The notes: generated from the sequence alone by a model not told the origin. A DNA stretch of 64,000 nt from Vicugna vicugna (GCA_013265495.1 MU058418.1:2382917-2446916); one strand, 5' to 3'; shown: positions 39,016-53,325, numbered from the stretch's first letter. Program-made: numbers and translations.

Positions 39016-39145
39016 CAGTGGTTCTCAAATTGAGAACGCCCTTCACTGGCAGCCTCACCTAGGATATTGTAGAAATGCAAATTCTCCACCCCACTTCAAC
39101 CCCACCTACCTAATCAGATTTCTAAATGTCCCCAGGGTTTTTTAA
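39016..39145. mobile_element. MER5A-like MITE fragment
   Basis: Starts CAGTGGTTCTCAAA; contains AGAAATGCAAATTCTC. Confidence 0.65.
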
Positions 39146-40254
39146 TAGTCTGATTCCATTTTCACTTTCTTTTCTCATGTAAAAATAACTACTAACACCT
39201 TTGGATTTCTTTCAAGTCATCATCTTGGCGTACTTGTGTAAATGGATCCTGCCCTCTTCATTCTAGACCGTATGATTTCACATAGAATAACCCTGTTCTG
39301 CCTTCCTGTGTGTCATTAGACTGCCCAGGGTGAACTGGGTCACTTCTGTGGCTCACTGATCTGGTTTTCCCATAGCTGGCAGGAAAAAAAGGAAAATCAC
39401 CTAGTGCAATTTCCCGTCAGGAAGCAGCTTGTTTCTCATCTTTAATTAACCGTTTCTTCCTTGCGGAAATTCTATTAGAATTAAAACCCAAAATTCCCTG
39501 ACCCTCTGTGGGAGAAAAGGAGCTATTTTCCTATCCAAGATCCCATGAGATAGCCTGGAAGGTGGGGGTTGGCTTGTCAGAAGGGAGGGGGGGCGGGGGG
39601 GCATGAGGGTAAGGAAAGGTGGTAGTAAATTCCAGAGCAGATCAAGGGAGAGGGACCAAGACAGATGTCCTTGAGGGAAACAGATCTGGAAGCCACAGTA
39701 AGAGGAGGCCTGTCTGACTGTATTCAAGATATAACTTGTCTTCATAAAACCATTTTGGGGCCTTCTGAAAGTAAATTCAAATAAATGAAGAAGCATTACA
39801 TGACAATAGATGCTCTTTCTCCAGCAGTACTTTTATCCTTATTCCATCTCGTCACAGAACAATTAGTTACTGGACAATGTTTTTTATTTCAATATGGAGG
39901 ATGACAATGTCAAGAAAGAATACACATAAAAAATTCTAACTTCTTTCAACCTTTTCTAATGATTGTTGGAAGGAGGAAAACTCAAAACACTTATAAAACC
40001 AAGAATTGCTTTGGGAAACAGTAATTTTTCGAATTTCTCTAACAGAGTTGTTTCCACAGAAAGGGGATGTGCAACAACCTGGAAGTCAGATGGGGTGGGG
40101 GGTCCATTTCCAGCTCTGTCAGGGAATCGCAGAGTGAACTTGGACAAAAGTCTTGACCTCTCAGAGCCCTTGGCTCCTCATCTGTAAAATAAAGGATTAG
40201 GATTTCCAGTCTCAAAGACCCATTTCAGTTCCAGCTCCCAAAGAGTCTAAAAAA

Positions 40255-40710
40255 TTTAACAGCCAATAGGTGGAAACAACCCAAATGCCCATCAGCTTGA
40301 TGAATGGATAAACAAAATGTGGTCTATCCACACAATGGAATATTATTCGGCCACAAAAGTAATGAAGTACTGATGCATGTTATAACATGAACGAACTTTG
40401 AAGACATTATGTTAAGTGAAAGAAGCCCATCACAAAAGACCATATATTATATGATTCCATTCCCAGGGAATGGAAACCTATGGAAAAAGTAGATTTGTGG
40501 TTGCTTAGGGCTTGGGGCATGGGTAGGTGGGGGGATAAGGAGATGATAGCTAAGAATATGGAGGGATTTTTATGAGGTGATGAAAATGTTTTAAAATTGA
40601 CTATGGTGATAGTTATACAAATCTGTGAATACACTAAAACCATTGAACTGTATATTTTAATTGGGTGAATTGTATGGTATATGAATTATATCTCAATAAG
40701 GCTATTTTTC
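40255..40710 (+). mobile_element. Old L1MB-like 3' end
   Basis: GGAAACAACCCAAATGCCCATCA...GAATTGTATGGTATATGAATTATATCTCAATAAGGCT. Confidence 0.85.
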
Positions 40711-41673
40711 AAAGTCTATTAAAATACATTTTCAGAAGTTGCTAAGTTTTCGACAGGAACCAAACTCATGGAGTTAGACCAAGACCACCTTTATGAGATA
40801 GATAAGCATTATTATTTCACATGCAGCAAGTTGCAAAGGTTTGATACCACTTCCGTAAAGTAAAATCTGGAGGAGAATCAAACTCGAGGCCTTTGGGCTT
40901 CAAAAGGGAATGACATAAACCAAATGAGTGGAAAAGTAGAAAAATTAGGTGAGGAAAAGTTACATGAAAATCAGTGTAAGAAGCTGACTCTGCATTTGAG
41001 TTGGGGTGGGGGGTCAATGATGTGCAAACTGTGCTTCAGTGAGGACAGCAGCTGCTCAGTGACCCCGGAGATGGGTGGAGTGGCCAGGCCAGCCACAGTG
41101 CAGACAGGATGGTGAGAAAGCTAGTGCTGGCAGGTTACCTGGCAACACGCATGGGGACGGGCCAAGGGCAGACTGGGATGGGGGCCGGAAGCAATTACTA
41201 GATCGCCTAGCTGTAACCACCACGGTGCAGGAGCCCATCTGCTGGCTCAAGGGCTTTCTCGGGTCACAGAACTATAGCTGGCACTCAGCAAAATGCCCTC
41301 AGCCCACAAAAGCAACACCGGAAAAACTGACCAAGCCCAAAAGCAGTGCCCTGCGTCAGACCTCGGCTAACCTCCCAAACTGGAACAAATGCATGTGCCT
41401 GTTTTCTTCTTTGAGAAAACATATATACGTCGTGGTGCTGATGTCCTGCACTGCCATTATTCCTAGTGGGCAAGGGGGCTGGGACCCAACAAGCAAGCCC
41501 CTCCCCGATCCTCACGTAAGGTACAGCGTACAGCCTGACCCCACTGACCCATTAGCATCAGCATGCCATCTGCGGGGAAAGGGCTACAGAAGGGGGACCA
41601 AGGCCAGCAGACGGCTTGACTCTTTAAACTCTCAAGTGACAGCTCCCTAGACTCCAACCTGGTCAGCCGAAGG

Positions 41674-41820
41674 CAGTGGTTCTCAAGGCATAGCCCAGGA
41701 CAAACAGAATCAGTATTGCCTGGGAACTTGTTGGAAAGGAAAATTTCTGCTGAATCAGAAATTTGGGGGTGGGGCCCAGGAATCTGTGTTAACCAGACAC
41801 ACTGAAGTTGCAGAACCATT
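41674..41820. mobile_element. MER5A-like MITE
   Basis: CAGTGGTTCTCAA...GAATCAGAAATTTGGGGGTGGGGCCCAGGAATCTGTGTTAAC...AGAACCATT. Confidence 0.75.
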
Positions 41821-42818
41821 AGCTAAGTCACTCCCTACTCCAGGAACCCTAATGTCGAGCACCTGGGAACTGAATCCTGCAACTTTTCCACGGAACATTG
41901 AATTGGAGGGCCAGCAGGGATTGTGTCTGAGAAAGAGAAATCCGCAAGTTACGTACACCATGGACAGAAAACCTTCAAGCTTGGCCTGAGCCTTGCTCAC
42001 CCATGCCCAGCCCCTCGGTGACTCACTTTTGTGAGTGGCACCCAAAGGGTGAGCAAGGTCTCATGTGAACACATCTGCCCATCTCAGTGCTCCAAACTCT
42101 GCCCTCCATGAACTTCCCACAGGGTGATGGTTCCTTGGAACAGTCCCAACACTCACACAGTGCTTCTGTCTAGGAAGTCCACTCATGGGTGTGCCTGCTT
42201 GATTTACTCCACACAAGAACCTTGTGAGGGAGGGCCCTCCCTCCAGAGAAGAGCAAATGGAACAAAGGGGTGCTAAGACTATACCCCATCTTCTCTCAGG
42301 TCAGAGTGACCTCCCCTGAACCACCTGCCTTCCTAGAGAAGAGTTTCTCCAAGGCTACACCCCCGGCTCAGAGACTGGAGACTCGGCAGCCTGCAAAGTG
42401 AAAACAGAGTGGGGAGCTGATTCCCTCTTCTCTGAGGGGTCCTTAATCCCCTCCAGAGTCTGTCATCAGCCAGGACCACGAGGCACCTCTGTTCATCAGC
42501 TGGCCTGGCTGGGGGTGTGTAGTTGTCTGCGTGTAGGAGCCCGGGAGCACACACCACCCATGCAGCCTTGTTTCAGGCCTGCTGGCTTCAAGAGAGCTTG
42601 CTCCCAGGCTTGGGCCATTTGACCGACCTCCCTAGGGGAACTTCATCTTATCTTCTTTGTTTCTCCCTCGCATTCCACGGTGCCGGCCCTGTGGACCAAA
42701 AAGTCCTCCACCATGTTTTCACTCATCAGTAATGGAGGCAAACAATGTTTCACTTAATGACTAGTTATTAGAGGCATTGTTCCACACAATTGTAGCATTC
42801 TCCACAGTCTCTTACTAT

Positions 42819-42862
42819 GGAGAGAGAGAGGGACAGAGAGGGAGAGAGAGGAACAGAGAGAG
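42819..42862. repeat. Imperfect (GA)n tract
   Basis: Read directly; lies just upstream of the RPLP0 retrocopy. Confidence 0.85.
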
Positions 42863-42877
42863 ATTGAATGTTACATT

Positions 42878-43920
<1,043 letters not shown>

Positions 43921-45753
43921 GGAAAACTATCAAACACATGCTCACTGTCCATAGCCTTCAGAGGACCACAGCTCTGATTCTTGGATTCTCCTCTTGCCCA
44001 GCTTTCCTTGTCCCTGGAACCTGGCTGCTTCCAATTAGCCCCTCCCAGTCTCTCTCCTGTGTTGAAGTCCATAGCCCACTCAGGCTCCCCACTGAGTTCC
44101 TGTCTGAAGGGTGGTTCTGGTATTTCCCATGTTTCCTTAATCCTAGAAGAGGATTATCCATGGTCTTCTGAGCTTGGTGAATGCCCAGACCTTTCTTGGG
44201 AGAAAACCCAAGCCCTGCCACTTCCTTCAGGGATTCTTTAGTGAAGGGCAGGTCAGGCAGAGTTTCCCACTTGTTAAAGATTACAGAACCGCAGCCAGCT
44301 CCAGGGACATTCAAATAGACACTTGTAAGAAATGACTAAAATGCAGACATGGACTTGAGAGGGAGGTCAGTGCCAGAGCTAGAGAGCGGAGCTCAGGAGG
44401 GAAGATGGTGAGGGACAGCAACAGGGCTTCTTAAAGACAGGAAGGGAAGAGCAGAACACGGAAGGTGTGAATTCTGAAGACAGTAAGAGAGCTTACTTGG
44501 CATCCTCGACCTGACAGATCCCTCATTTTATTCTCATTAGATGCATTAAATTGAGTACAACATGGAAAGGGCTTCAGATGACACTACAAATACTGAGAAA
44601 TTTCACAGCAAAAGAGAGAGGAGACAAACACCAGTTACCATTTTCAAATCTTTACCAGGGGTACAAAGGAAAAAACTGATGGAACAGATAAAACTTCTCA
44701 AAGAGTAACATTGTATAGAATGTTTTTCTGTATACCTTTGGGAAGCAGAGAAAGGAAAACATATGTGAGGTAACTTCTATGGAGTAATGGCAATTAAAAC
44801 TTTGGATATCTTTTGGAACTTCTTATACACGACAACTCATTTTTAACCTTAAGATGACTTTGAGCTCAACATCTATAGCTACCACCTAAACTCTGCAAAC
44901 TATCCCCAATCCACACATTACTCACTTCCAAGCACTGTGGATTTTAGAGCTCTTTATCGCTAAGGAATTTTTTTGCTTGTAGTAGTGATGTCCTACAAGA
45001 GCTAGCCAAACATATTAGAGAGAACAAATGCAGTTACTTATAAAAATAATTAGACTATGAAAACAAAAATGTAGATCAAAACTATACTCACTCAATATCA
45101 GCTCAAAATGATTTGAAAGATGGAGTAGAGGGAAGGAGAGAGGAAAACTCATAATCTGAGTGATATTAAACACTCAACTATCTAGAATTGATGCTTCTTC
45201 CCTGCACTGAACAAGCGGCCCTTGACCTCCCTCTTTTGAGGCTTTGGCAAATGATTACTTCTGAGGCAGAGGCATCAAATCTAACGTACTCCTTGTCACA
45301 AAAGCCTGATATTACATTATATTTCTCCTAAGTTAGTCACCTAATGAGATTGGCTCCAGGTGAAAATCAGAAGTGTGTCCTCCTGCTATTGTTAGCTCTC
45401 GTGAAGGGAGAGTCCGTCTCTTGCCTTTCAAAGGAGTCAGAGGTCCCTTAGCTGCTGATAGAATTATACACAGCTTCTCCCTGGCACTTCCTCAAATTCA
45501 GCACTTGCATTATAACATCAGTAAAGATAATAAGGGGTCTGGCTGGGTACATGTGCAACATGCTCCATCAGGAGCCCATGTTGATGTCCTTGACCCATGG
45601 AAATAAGAGCTCTTGGGGCCACTCCTGGGTCTGGCTGTCTTTGTTGGTAAGATTCTCTCTTAACCATACTGCTTGCGAAGACAAAAATTAAAACAAAATG
45701 TTAGCAATGACACAGTCTCTTCTCTGTTCCTCTACAGGCACCTTGTTTTAAAA

Positions 45754-46295
45754 TGTATCTGGGATTTATCGTAATCAGGTCTGGTAAGACAGGCAGACAT
45801 GGAAATGGCTGTCATGAAGGCAGTTTTTACTCACAGATCCCTAGAAGCAGGAGGCGTATCATGCCACACAGAGCCACAGGGGGAAGCACCAGGGTTGGTC
45901 AGGAGGCAGCAGGGGTGAGGGGGAAACACAGACAAAAGACTATTGTGGTTTTCACAGAAATGAATGGATCAGCAAGGTAAGCAGGATAGGATTTGCTAGT
46001 TTGAATAGTGTTAGCAAGCTCTGGGCTACAGGGTGGTCCCTAGTTGCCCAGTACCTAGCCCTGGGTGACTCAGGGAAGAGGGAATATTGGCTTGTTGTGT
46101 GAGTTAATAAAGGAGGTGACCTGGGGGCGTGGACTTTGCATTGGTTGGTTTGCATATGAAACGCATGCTCATGGACAAGTTGTTTATTCCTTCTAGGAAT
46201 TAGCTAACTCTGGAAGGGGCAGTCTCTCCAGGATTAGCAAGGCCCCAAGATGTCAAAGCATCATAAAATGCAGAAAGTTTAAAAAAAAAATCACC
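45754..46295 (-). mobile_element. ERVL solo LTR (MER74-like)
   Basis: Reverse complement contains GCTTTGACATCTTGGGGCCTTGCT and TTTCATATGCAAACCAACCAAT; related to 54370-54881. Confidence 0.8.
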
Positions 46296-46563
46296 TGATG
46301 TCCCTCCCCACAATTCTCATTTCTTCCTTCCTTCTCTCCAACAAAGGACTAGTCTAGTCAGCATAAGTTCACTAGCCTCTCATCCATGCGGGAACCCTTC
46401 CCACAGTGCTGCCTTATCACATTGTTTAAGCAACCTAATTCAGAACCAGAGTTAAAGACACCTGCATATCAAAATCATTGGGGAAATTTATTAAAAATAC
46501 AGTTCCTTGGTTTCATTCCAGACTCACAGAATCAGAATTTTCCAAGGTAAAGCCGAGGCATTC

Positions 46564-47005
46564 TGTGGTGGTTAATTTTGTGTCAAATTGACCCTAGGGT
46601 GCCTAGATATTTGCTTAAACATTTTTCTAAGTGTGTCTATGAAGGTGTTTCTGAATGAGATAAACCTTTGAATACGGAGACTGAGTAAAGCAGATTGCCC
46701 TCCCCAGTGTGAGTTGGGTTCATCCAACTCATTGAAGGCTTGAATAGTACACAAAAGGCTGAGTAAAGAGAGAATTCAATCTCTCTGCTTGACTGTCTTT
46801 GAGCTGGGATACCAGTCTTCTCCTGCCTTCAGACTTGAACTGGAATCTACACCACCAGCTCTCCTGGTTCTCGGGCCTTCAGGCTCAGAATGGAACTGTA
46901 CCACCAGCGCTCCTGGGTCTCCAGCTTGTCGATTGCAGATCTTAGGCATTCTCAGCCTCCATAACCATATATATACCTCCTATTGGTTCTATTTCTCTAG
47001 AAAAT
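46564..47005 (+). mobile_element. MLT2-type ERVL solo LTR
   Basis: TGTGGTGGTTAATTTTGTGTCAAATTGAC...GACTGAGTAAAGCAGATTGCCCTCCCC...CCTATTGGTTCTATTTCTCTAGA. Confidence 0.88.
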
Positions 47006-47199
47006 TACACCTTGAAATTCTATCAAGTGCTTCAGATCTTCAGATTCAAATCTAAGGTGTGTATCTTCCAGTTCCTTGCACTTTCTGGTCCATGAAGATT
47101 TCTCTACTTCAATCCACACAGAGTTTTCCACTCTCTCGAATGCTTGGTGCACTAATCATCAGAACTACACATTTTTCTATTTATCTATGTTTTCACTGT

Positions 47200-48265
47200 C
47201 TTGGTCACTGTAGCTTTATATTAAATCATAAAATTAATGCAGCATAAGTGAAAAACTCCAAATATGTCCTTTAATCAAAATCAATTTATTATTCAAAATT
47301 GTTTTGGCTATTCTAGGTCCTTTGCATTTCCCTATAAATTTCAGAATTAGCTTGTCAATTTCTGCAAAACTCCTGGGATTTTGTTAGGAAGTGCTCTAAA
47401 TCTATAGATCAATTTAGAGAGAATTGGTATCTTAGTAACATTTAGTCTTTCCACCCATAAGCACAGTACGCATATCTATTTATTTAAGCTTCCTTTAATT
47501 TCTCTATGCAATGTTTTATATTTTTCACTGTACAGGTCTTACACACATTTTGCTAAGTTTATCCCTAAATATTTCATAATTTTGATATCATTATAAATAG
47601 TATTATTAAATTTCAGTTTCTAATTATTCATTGATTGTATATAGAAATTCAATGTTTGGCCTTGTATCCTGCAGCCTTGCTAAATTCATTTATTAGTTCT
47701 AGTAGATTTTTTGTAGTTTTCTTAGGATTTCTTTACATAGACAATAATGTCATCTGTAAATACAATTTTATTTATTTCTTTCTGATCCGTATGTCTTTTG
47801 TTTCTTTTCTAACCTTATTACACTGGCTAGGATCGGTACAATGTTGAAAAGAAGTGATAAGAGTAGACATCCTTACTTTGTTCCCAATCTTAGGGGAAAT
47901 GAATTCTGTCTCTAATTAGTATAATGTTAACTACAGGTTTTTTGTTGATAATCTTTATTTAGGTGAGAGTATTTTCTTCTATTCCTAGTTTACTGAGAGG
48001 TGCTGTTTCCTTTCTTAACAAATCAGTATTGAATATTATCTAATTCTTTTCATCCATTAGATCTGATGAACTGATCATACTGTTTTTCATTTTTAAGTCT
48101 GTTAATGCAATAGGTCATATTGACTGATTTTGTTAAGCCAATCTTGCATTCCTGGGATAAACTCTACCTGGTCATCATGGATTTGTATATTGTATATTGC
48201 TGGATTTAATTTGGTAATATTTTAAAAGACTTTTTGTATCTTTGGTCAAGAGAGATATTGTTCTT
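47200..48265 (-). mobile_element. Old L1M ORF2-region remnant
   Basis: T-rich antisense L1 text (ATTGTTTTGGCTATTCTAGGTCCTTTGCATTTCC, CCAATCTTGCATTCCTGGGATAAAC). Confidence 0.85.
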
Positions 48266-48300
48266 AACACTTCCTATGTGCATAATCTCTGCATGATCTT

Positions 48301-48886
48301 TTTTTAAATTGAAGTATAGTCAGTTACAATGGGTCAATTTCTGGTGTACAGCATAATGTTTCAGTCATACATATACATTACATATATTCATTTTCATATT
48401 CTTTTTCATTGTAGGTTACTACAAGATATTGAATTTGTTCTCTGTGCTATAAAGAAGAAATTTATTTTAATCTATTTTATACATAGTAGCTAATATTTGC
48501 AAATCTCAAATTCCCAATTTATCCCTTCCTACCCACTTCCCCCCGGTTACCATAAGTTTGTTTGTCTGTAAGTCTGTTTGTTTTGTAAATAAGTTCATTA
48601 GTGTCTTCTTTTTTCTTTTTTTTTTTAAGATTCTACATATGAGTGATATCATATGTTATTTTTCTTTCTCTTTCTGGCTTACTTCACTTAGAATGATAAT
48701 CTCCAGATCCATCCGTGTTGCAGCAAATGGCATTATTTTATTATTTTTTACAGCTGAGTAGTATTCTGTTGCATAAATATACCACAACTTCTTTATCCAG
48801 TCATCTGTCAATGAACATTTAGGTTGTGTCCATGTCTTAGCTATTGTAAATAGTGCTGCTATGAACATTGGGGTGCATGTATCTTT
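48301..48886 (-). mobile_element. 5'-truncated lineage L1 3' end
   Basis: Minus-strand [16 protein letters not shown]...YYSAVK; T tail at left; TSD TGCATGATCTT 48290-48300 / TGCACAATCTT 48887-48897. Confidence 0.92.
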
Positions 48887-49179
48887 TGCACAATCTTATT
48901 TTGATTCTCATAAAAATCTTATGAAGATATGTCAATGCATCTTAAAGTGGATATAAGCCTTTAAAATCCCTGTCAGTCAGGCACTTATGCTGACTTTTTT
49001 TTTTCTTTTTATTACTTGTATTGATAATTTTTAGATGAGAAAACTAAGGCTCAAGAGTTGAGTAACTCAACTTTTCCAGGAGTTAGAACTGGAATTCAAA
49101 CCCTAAATTCAAATCTTAACCTTATGTTCATGCTGCCTTTAGAGGGAATTGGTTTAGCTTTCTCTTTGTTTAAGGATTC

Positions 49180-49724
49180 TGTATCAATTAGAAATGCATT
49201 TGACTGCACAGAATAGAAAACTCAACATATAATGGCTTATTTAAATAGGTATTTTATTTTTCTTTTATCTTAGGAAGTCCAGATTTTTGAATTTGAGAGT
49301 TGGCATGATGGTTCCTCAGTATCACCAGGGACTCAGTCTCCTTCTGTCTTTCCACTCAGCCCTCCCTAGTGTTTGCCTTTCTCCTCGTGAGTACAAGCTG
49401 GCTGACCCACCTCCAGCATCGTGACAAATTCAAGGCAGGAAAGAGGATGTGCAAAAAGCAAAAGGAGACTGCTATCTAAGTCTGCCCTCTTTAAAAGAAT
49501 GTTCCAAAAACAACACAGTTAATTAATTAATACCACATTGTCTAGAACTGTGTTACATGGCCACCCCTACCTGCAAGAAAAACTGGGAGATGTAGTGCTT
49601 CCCCCTAAGCACACTGTCCATGCCCTGCTCAGGGTACATTGCTGCCCTGTGCAAAATTGGGTTTGATCAGTAAGAAAAGAAGGGAGAACAGATATTGAGT
49701 GGGTACTTAGCAAAGCTGACCACA
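49180..49724 (-). mobile_element. MaLR solo LTR (MLT1J/K-like)
   Basis: TG...CA termini; colinear with 1357-1852. Confidence 0.7.
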
Positions 49725-50018
49725 GTGTCTCTCAGGGGAGAACAAATTATTCAACAATCAATAACCCTAGCATACTCATTAGAAATGAGAGTGAAGTTCT
49801 GCTTGTATTATTTCCCACAGGCCACCAGGTAACAGTATAACCCTATGGATATATATGAGTTTGACTGAATTTTAGTTAAGGTAGCTTTCCTTGGATGGCA
49901 CATCACTCCAGCCAAAGCAGTCCATCAATGAGTACTCTGTGAAACTACCCACAGTGTAACAAGGCTGAACTAGAGGTCATGAAGAGACTTAAGTCAAAAG
50001 TTCACTGGGCCTTTAAAG

Positions 50019-50207
50019 CAGGAGTTGGCATGCTGCCAGTTTTCTTAGACAAAATTGTATCAGAACACAACCATACCTGTTTGTTTAAATACTGTCTATG
50101 GCTATTTTCGGTCAAAACAGTGCTAAATACTTGCAACTAAGCCTATGGCTCACAAAGCTGAAAATATTACTACTTGGAACTTTGCAGAAAAAGTCTAACG
50201 ACCTCTG
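50019..50207. mobile_element. MER58A-like hAT-Charlie MITE
   Basis: Imperfect TIRs CAGGAGTTGG / AACGACCTCTG; 8-bp TSD CTTTAAAG / CTCTAAAG. Confidence 0.8.
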
Positions 50208-50215
50208 CTCTAAAG

Positions 50216-50420
50216 CAATGCTGTCCAAAAGAACTTTTTTTGATGGTAAAAAACGTTCTATGTCTGACCAATAGGGTAACCACTAGCCACCTGTGACTGT
50301 TCAGTGCTTGAAATAAGGCTAGTGAGACTAAGGGACTAAAATATAAATTTTATTTAATTTAAATTAATTTAAATTTAAATAGCTCCATATAGCTAGTGGC
50401 TGCTACATTGGACAGTACAG
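50216..50420. mobile_element. MER3-like hAT-Charlie MITE
   Basis: TIRs CAATGCTGTCCAA / TTGGACAGTACAG, internal CCACTAGC / GCTAGTGG; TSD CTCTAAAG / CTTTAAAA. Confidence 0.85.
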
Positions 50421-51839
50421 CTTTAAAACCGTAGTGCATCTTAAAGCAGATATAGACCTTCAAAATCCTGGTCAGCCAGGCACGTGTGCTGACTTTTTTT
50501 TTTTTTTTTGCTATCATTTCTTGTGTTAATAAGTTCCTTACAACGTGGCAGCTGAAGGACCAGAAACTTATCCAAATTAACCAACTTGCCTATAGTTGCA
50601 GTGCTAATGACAGAGCCCACAGTCTAACGGTCTCCACAGAGCCCATGTGTGATGCTTGCCAAGAGGTGTGGTGAATTCGTGTTTTGGTTCTTCTGGAGTT
50701 TTCGAGGTGATGTGGGCAGTCTTCCCCCACTGTAGTCCTGGCCTGGGTGAAAGGTGTGTTATTAACATCCTGTCCATCCTTGGCTCCCTGTTGCTCTTTA
50801 ATATGAGATGATGGAAGGATTTCTTCTATAGAAGATGTTCTTTCTTTTACCATGAATAGTCCTCTTGGGAAGTGTTTGAAGCCAAATATAAGTGGTTGTA
50901 CCCGAAATGCTAGCAAGGAATGAGCTCAGTGCACATACAAAATGCAGCATTCCCTCTCTGCAGTGTGGGTCCGTGTACTACTCTGCTTTTCCCTGGTTAA
51001 ACAGGAGGTGCCTGTTGTCATCTCTGCATTGGTTGTAAACTATCAGTTCTCTATTCATACTGACCTGGAAACCTGCTTTTCCCGTGAAATGAAATAGTAA
51101 GAAAGAAACATAATTTGTGTTCATATTCATGTCAGCATGGAAGCAAAGTGCCCCGACTGTGACAAGGCCTGAATCATGCAGGGGTGGGTTTTGACCCTGG
51201 AGTGGGCCTGCAATTTGCAGAAGTTAAAACGTGCGACAGGTGACCATTGACAGAAGAATCCTGTGCTGTAGCCTCAGCAGGAAGGGCGCCACACACAACA
51301 GCAACAAAATACAGACTATACTGAAAAGTAAGCCTCATGTGCCATGTATGAGACCTATATAAAGAACACAAAAAGGCCTAATGAGAGACAGATGAAGAAG
51401 GACTCTGCATAAGCCCCAAATAGGGGGCCTGAGAGGACTTCTAAAACATGGATAAAATGCTAATTGTTCTCTCATGAAGGGTAATAATAATTCTACTTTA
51501 TGGAATTGTGACAAAGGGTACCTGGGATAGTTCATATAAAGAGCAAGGTCATACTCATTATATATTAACTATTATAATTATCAGTCAATTTTAACCAAAC
51601 AAAACATAATTTTAAAGCGAAGCCGAGAAAACTAGTTCTACCAGGTATTTAAGTATAGTTTAAAACAATGCATAGAAGCAACAGGTTACTGACAAAAAGG
51701 CAGACATGTAAATAGAGAATAGATAGTACTGGAGACTCACTCTGACTGTGAGAACATAATATGTGATGAGGGAACCACTGGAAAATAATGATGAAAAGAA
51801 GGATTCCTTACATATTCTGGGGATAAAAGTAAGCTATTT

Positions 51840-52850
51840 TTATAAACAGCTCATGCAGCTCAATATTAAAAAAAAAATCCCAATAAAAAAATGGAAAGAA
51901 GACCTAAATAGCAATTTCTCCAAAGAAGACATACTGATAGCAAACAAGCACATGAAAAAATGCTTAATATCACTAATTATCAGAAAAATGCAAATCAAAA
52001 CTACAATGAGGTATCACCTCACACCAGTCAGAATGGCCATCATCAAAAAGTCTGCAAATGACAAATGCTGGAGAGGCTGTGGAGAAAAGGGAACCATCCT
52101 ACACTGCTGGTGGGAATGCAGTTTGGTGCAGCCATTGTGGAAAACAATATGGAGAAGATTCCTCAAAAGACTAGGAATAGATTTGCCATATGAACCAGGA
52201 ATCCCGCTCCTGGGCATATATCCAGAAAGAAACCTACTTCAAAAAGACACCCGCACCCCAATGTTCATAGCAGCACTATTTACAATAGCCAAGACATGGA
52301 AACAGCCTAAATGTCCATCACCAGATGACTGGATAAAGAAGATGTGGTATATTTATACAATGGAATACTATTCAGCCATAAAAACCAACAACATAACACC
52401 ATCTGCAGCAACATGGATGTCCCTGGAGAAAGTCATTCTAAGTGAAGTAAGAGAGAAAGAGAAAGAAAAATACCATATGAGATCGCTCATATGTGAAATC
52501 TAAAAAAAAAAAAAAGTAGGAAAGAAAGAAAGAAAAAGACAAATGAACATAAATACAAAACAGAAATAGACTCATAGACATAGAATACAAACTTGTTGTT
52601 GCCAGTGGGGAGGAGGGTGGTAAGGGACAGACTGGGAGTTCAAAATTTGTAGAAACTCACAGGCATATGTAGAATAGATAAACAAGACTATACTGTTTAG
52701 CACAGGGAAGTATATACAAGATCTTGTGGTAGCTCACAGTGAAAAAGAATATGATAATGAATATATGTATGTTCATGTATAACTGAAAAATTATGCTCTA
52801 CACTGGAAATTGACACAACATTGTAAACTGACTATAACACAATAAAAAAA
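51840..52850 (+). mobile_element. 5'-truncated L1: open ORF2 C-terminal ~220 codons (to 52503) + 3'UTR + A tail
   Basis: ORF contains CWRGC...[21 protein letters not shown] and YYSAIK; similar to the 18111 copy. Confidence 0.95.
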
Positions 52851-52852
52851 AG

Positions 52853-53325
52853 GTGTGATATATATACATGATGGAATATTACTCAGCCATAAAAAAGAAT
52901 GAAAGAATGTCATTTTCAGCAACATGGATGGACCAGGAGATTATCATACTAAGTGAAGTCAGACAGAGAAAGACAAATATCATATGATATCAGTTACATG
53001 AGGAATCTAAAAAATGATACAAATGAACTTATTTACAGAACAAAAAGACTCACAGACATAGGAAAAAAAAAACTTATGGTTTCCCCCAAAGGGGAAGGCG
53101 GGGAGGAATAAATTAGGAATTTGGTATTAACAGATACCTACTACTATATATAAAATGGATAAACAACAAGGACCTACTATATAGCACAGGGAACTATACT
53201 CAATATCTTGTAATAACCTACGATGGAAAAGAATCTGAAAAAGAATGGATATGTATATGTATAGTGGAATTACTTTGCTGTACACTTTAAACATTATAAA
53301 TCAACTATATTTCATTAAAAAAAGA
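52853..53325 (+). mobile_element. Second L1 3' end of a different subfamily directly behind the first
   Basis: Restarts at ATGGAATATTACTCAGCCATAAAAAAGAATGAA; 3'UTR resembles the 48301-48886 copy; ends ATTAAA + A run. Confidence 0.9.

Noticed and set aside
41075..41650. 191-aa ORF
   Set aside because: No recognisable domain or splice structure, non-ATG start; consistent with chance.
51763..52503. 246-aa ORF as a host gene
   Set aside because: It is the L1 ORF2 C-terminus fused by chance to upstream sequence; no endonuclease or RT domain.
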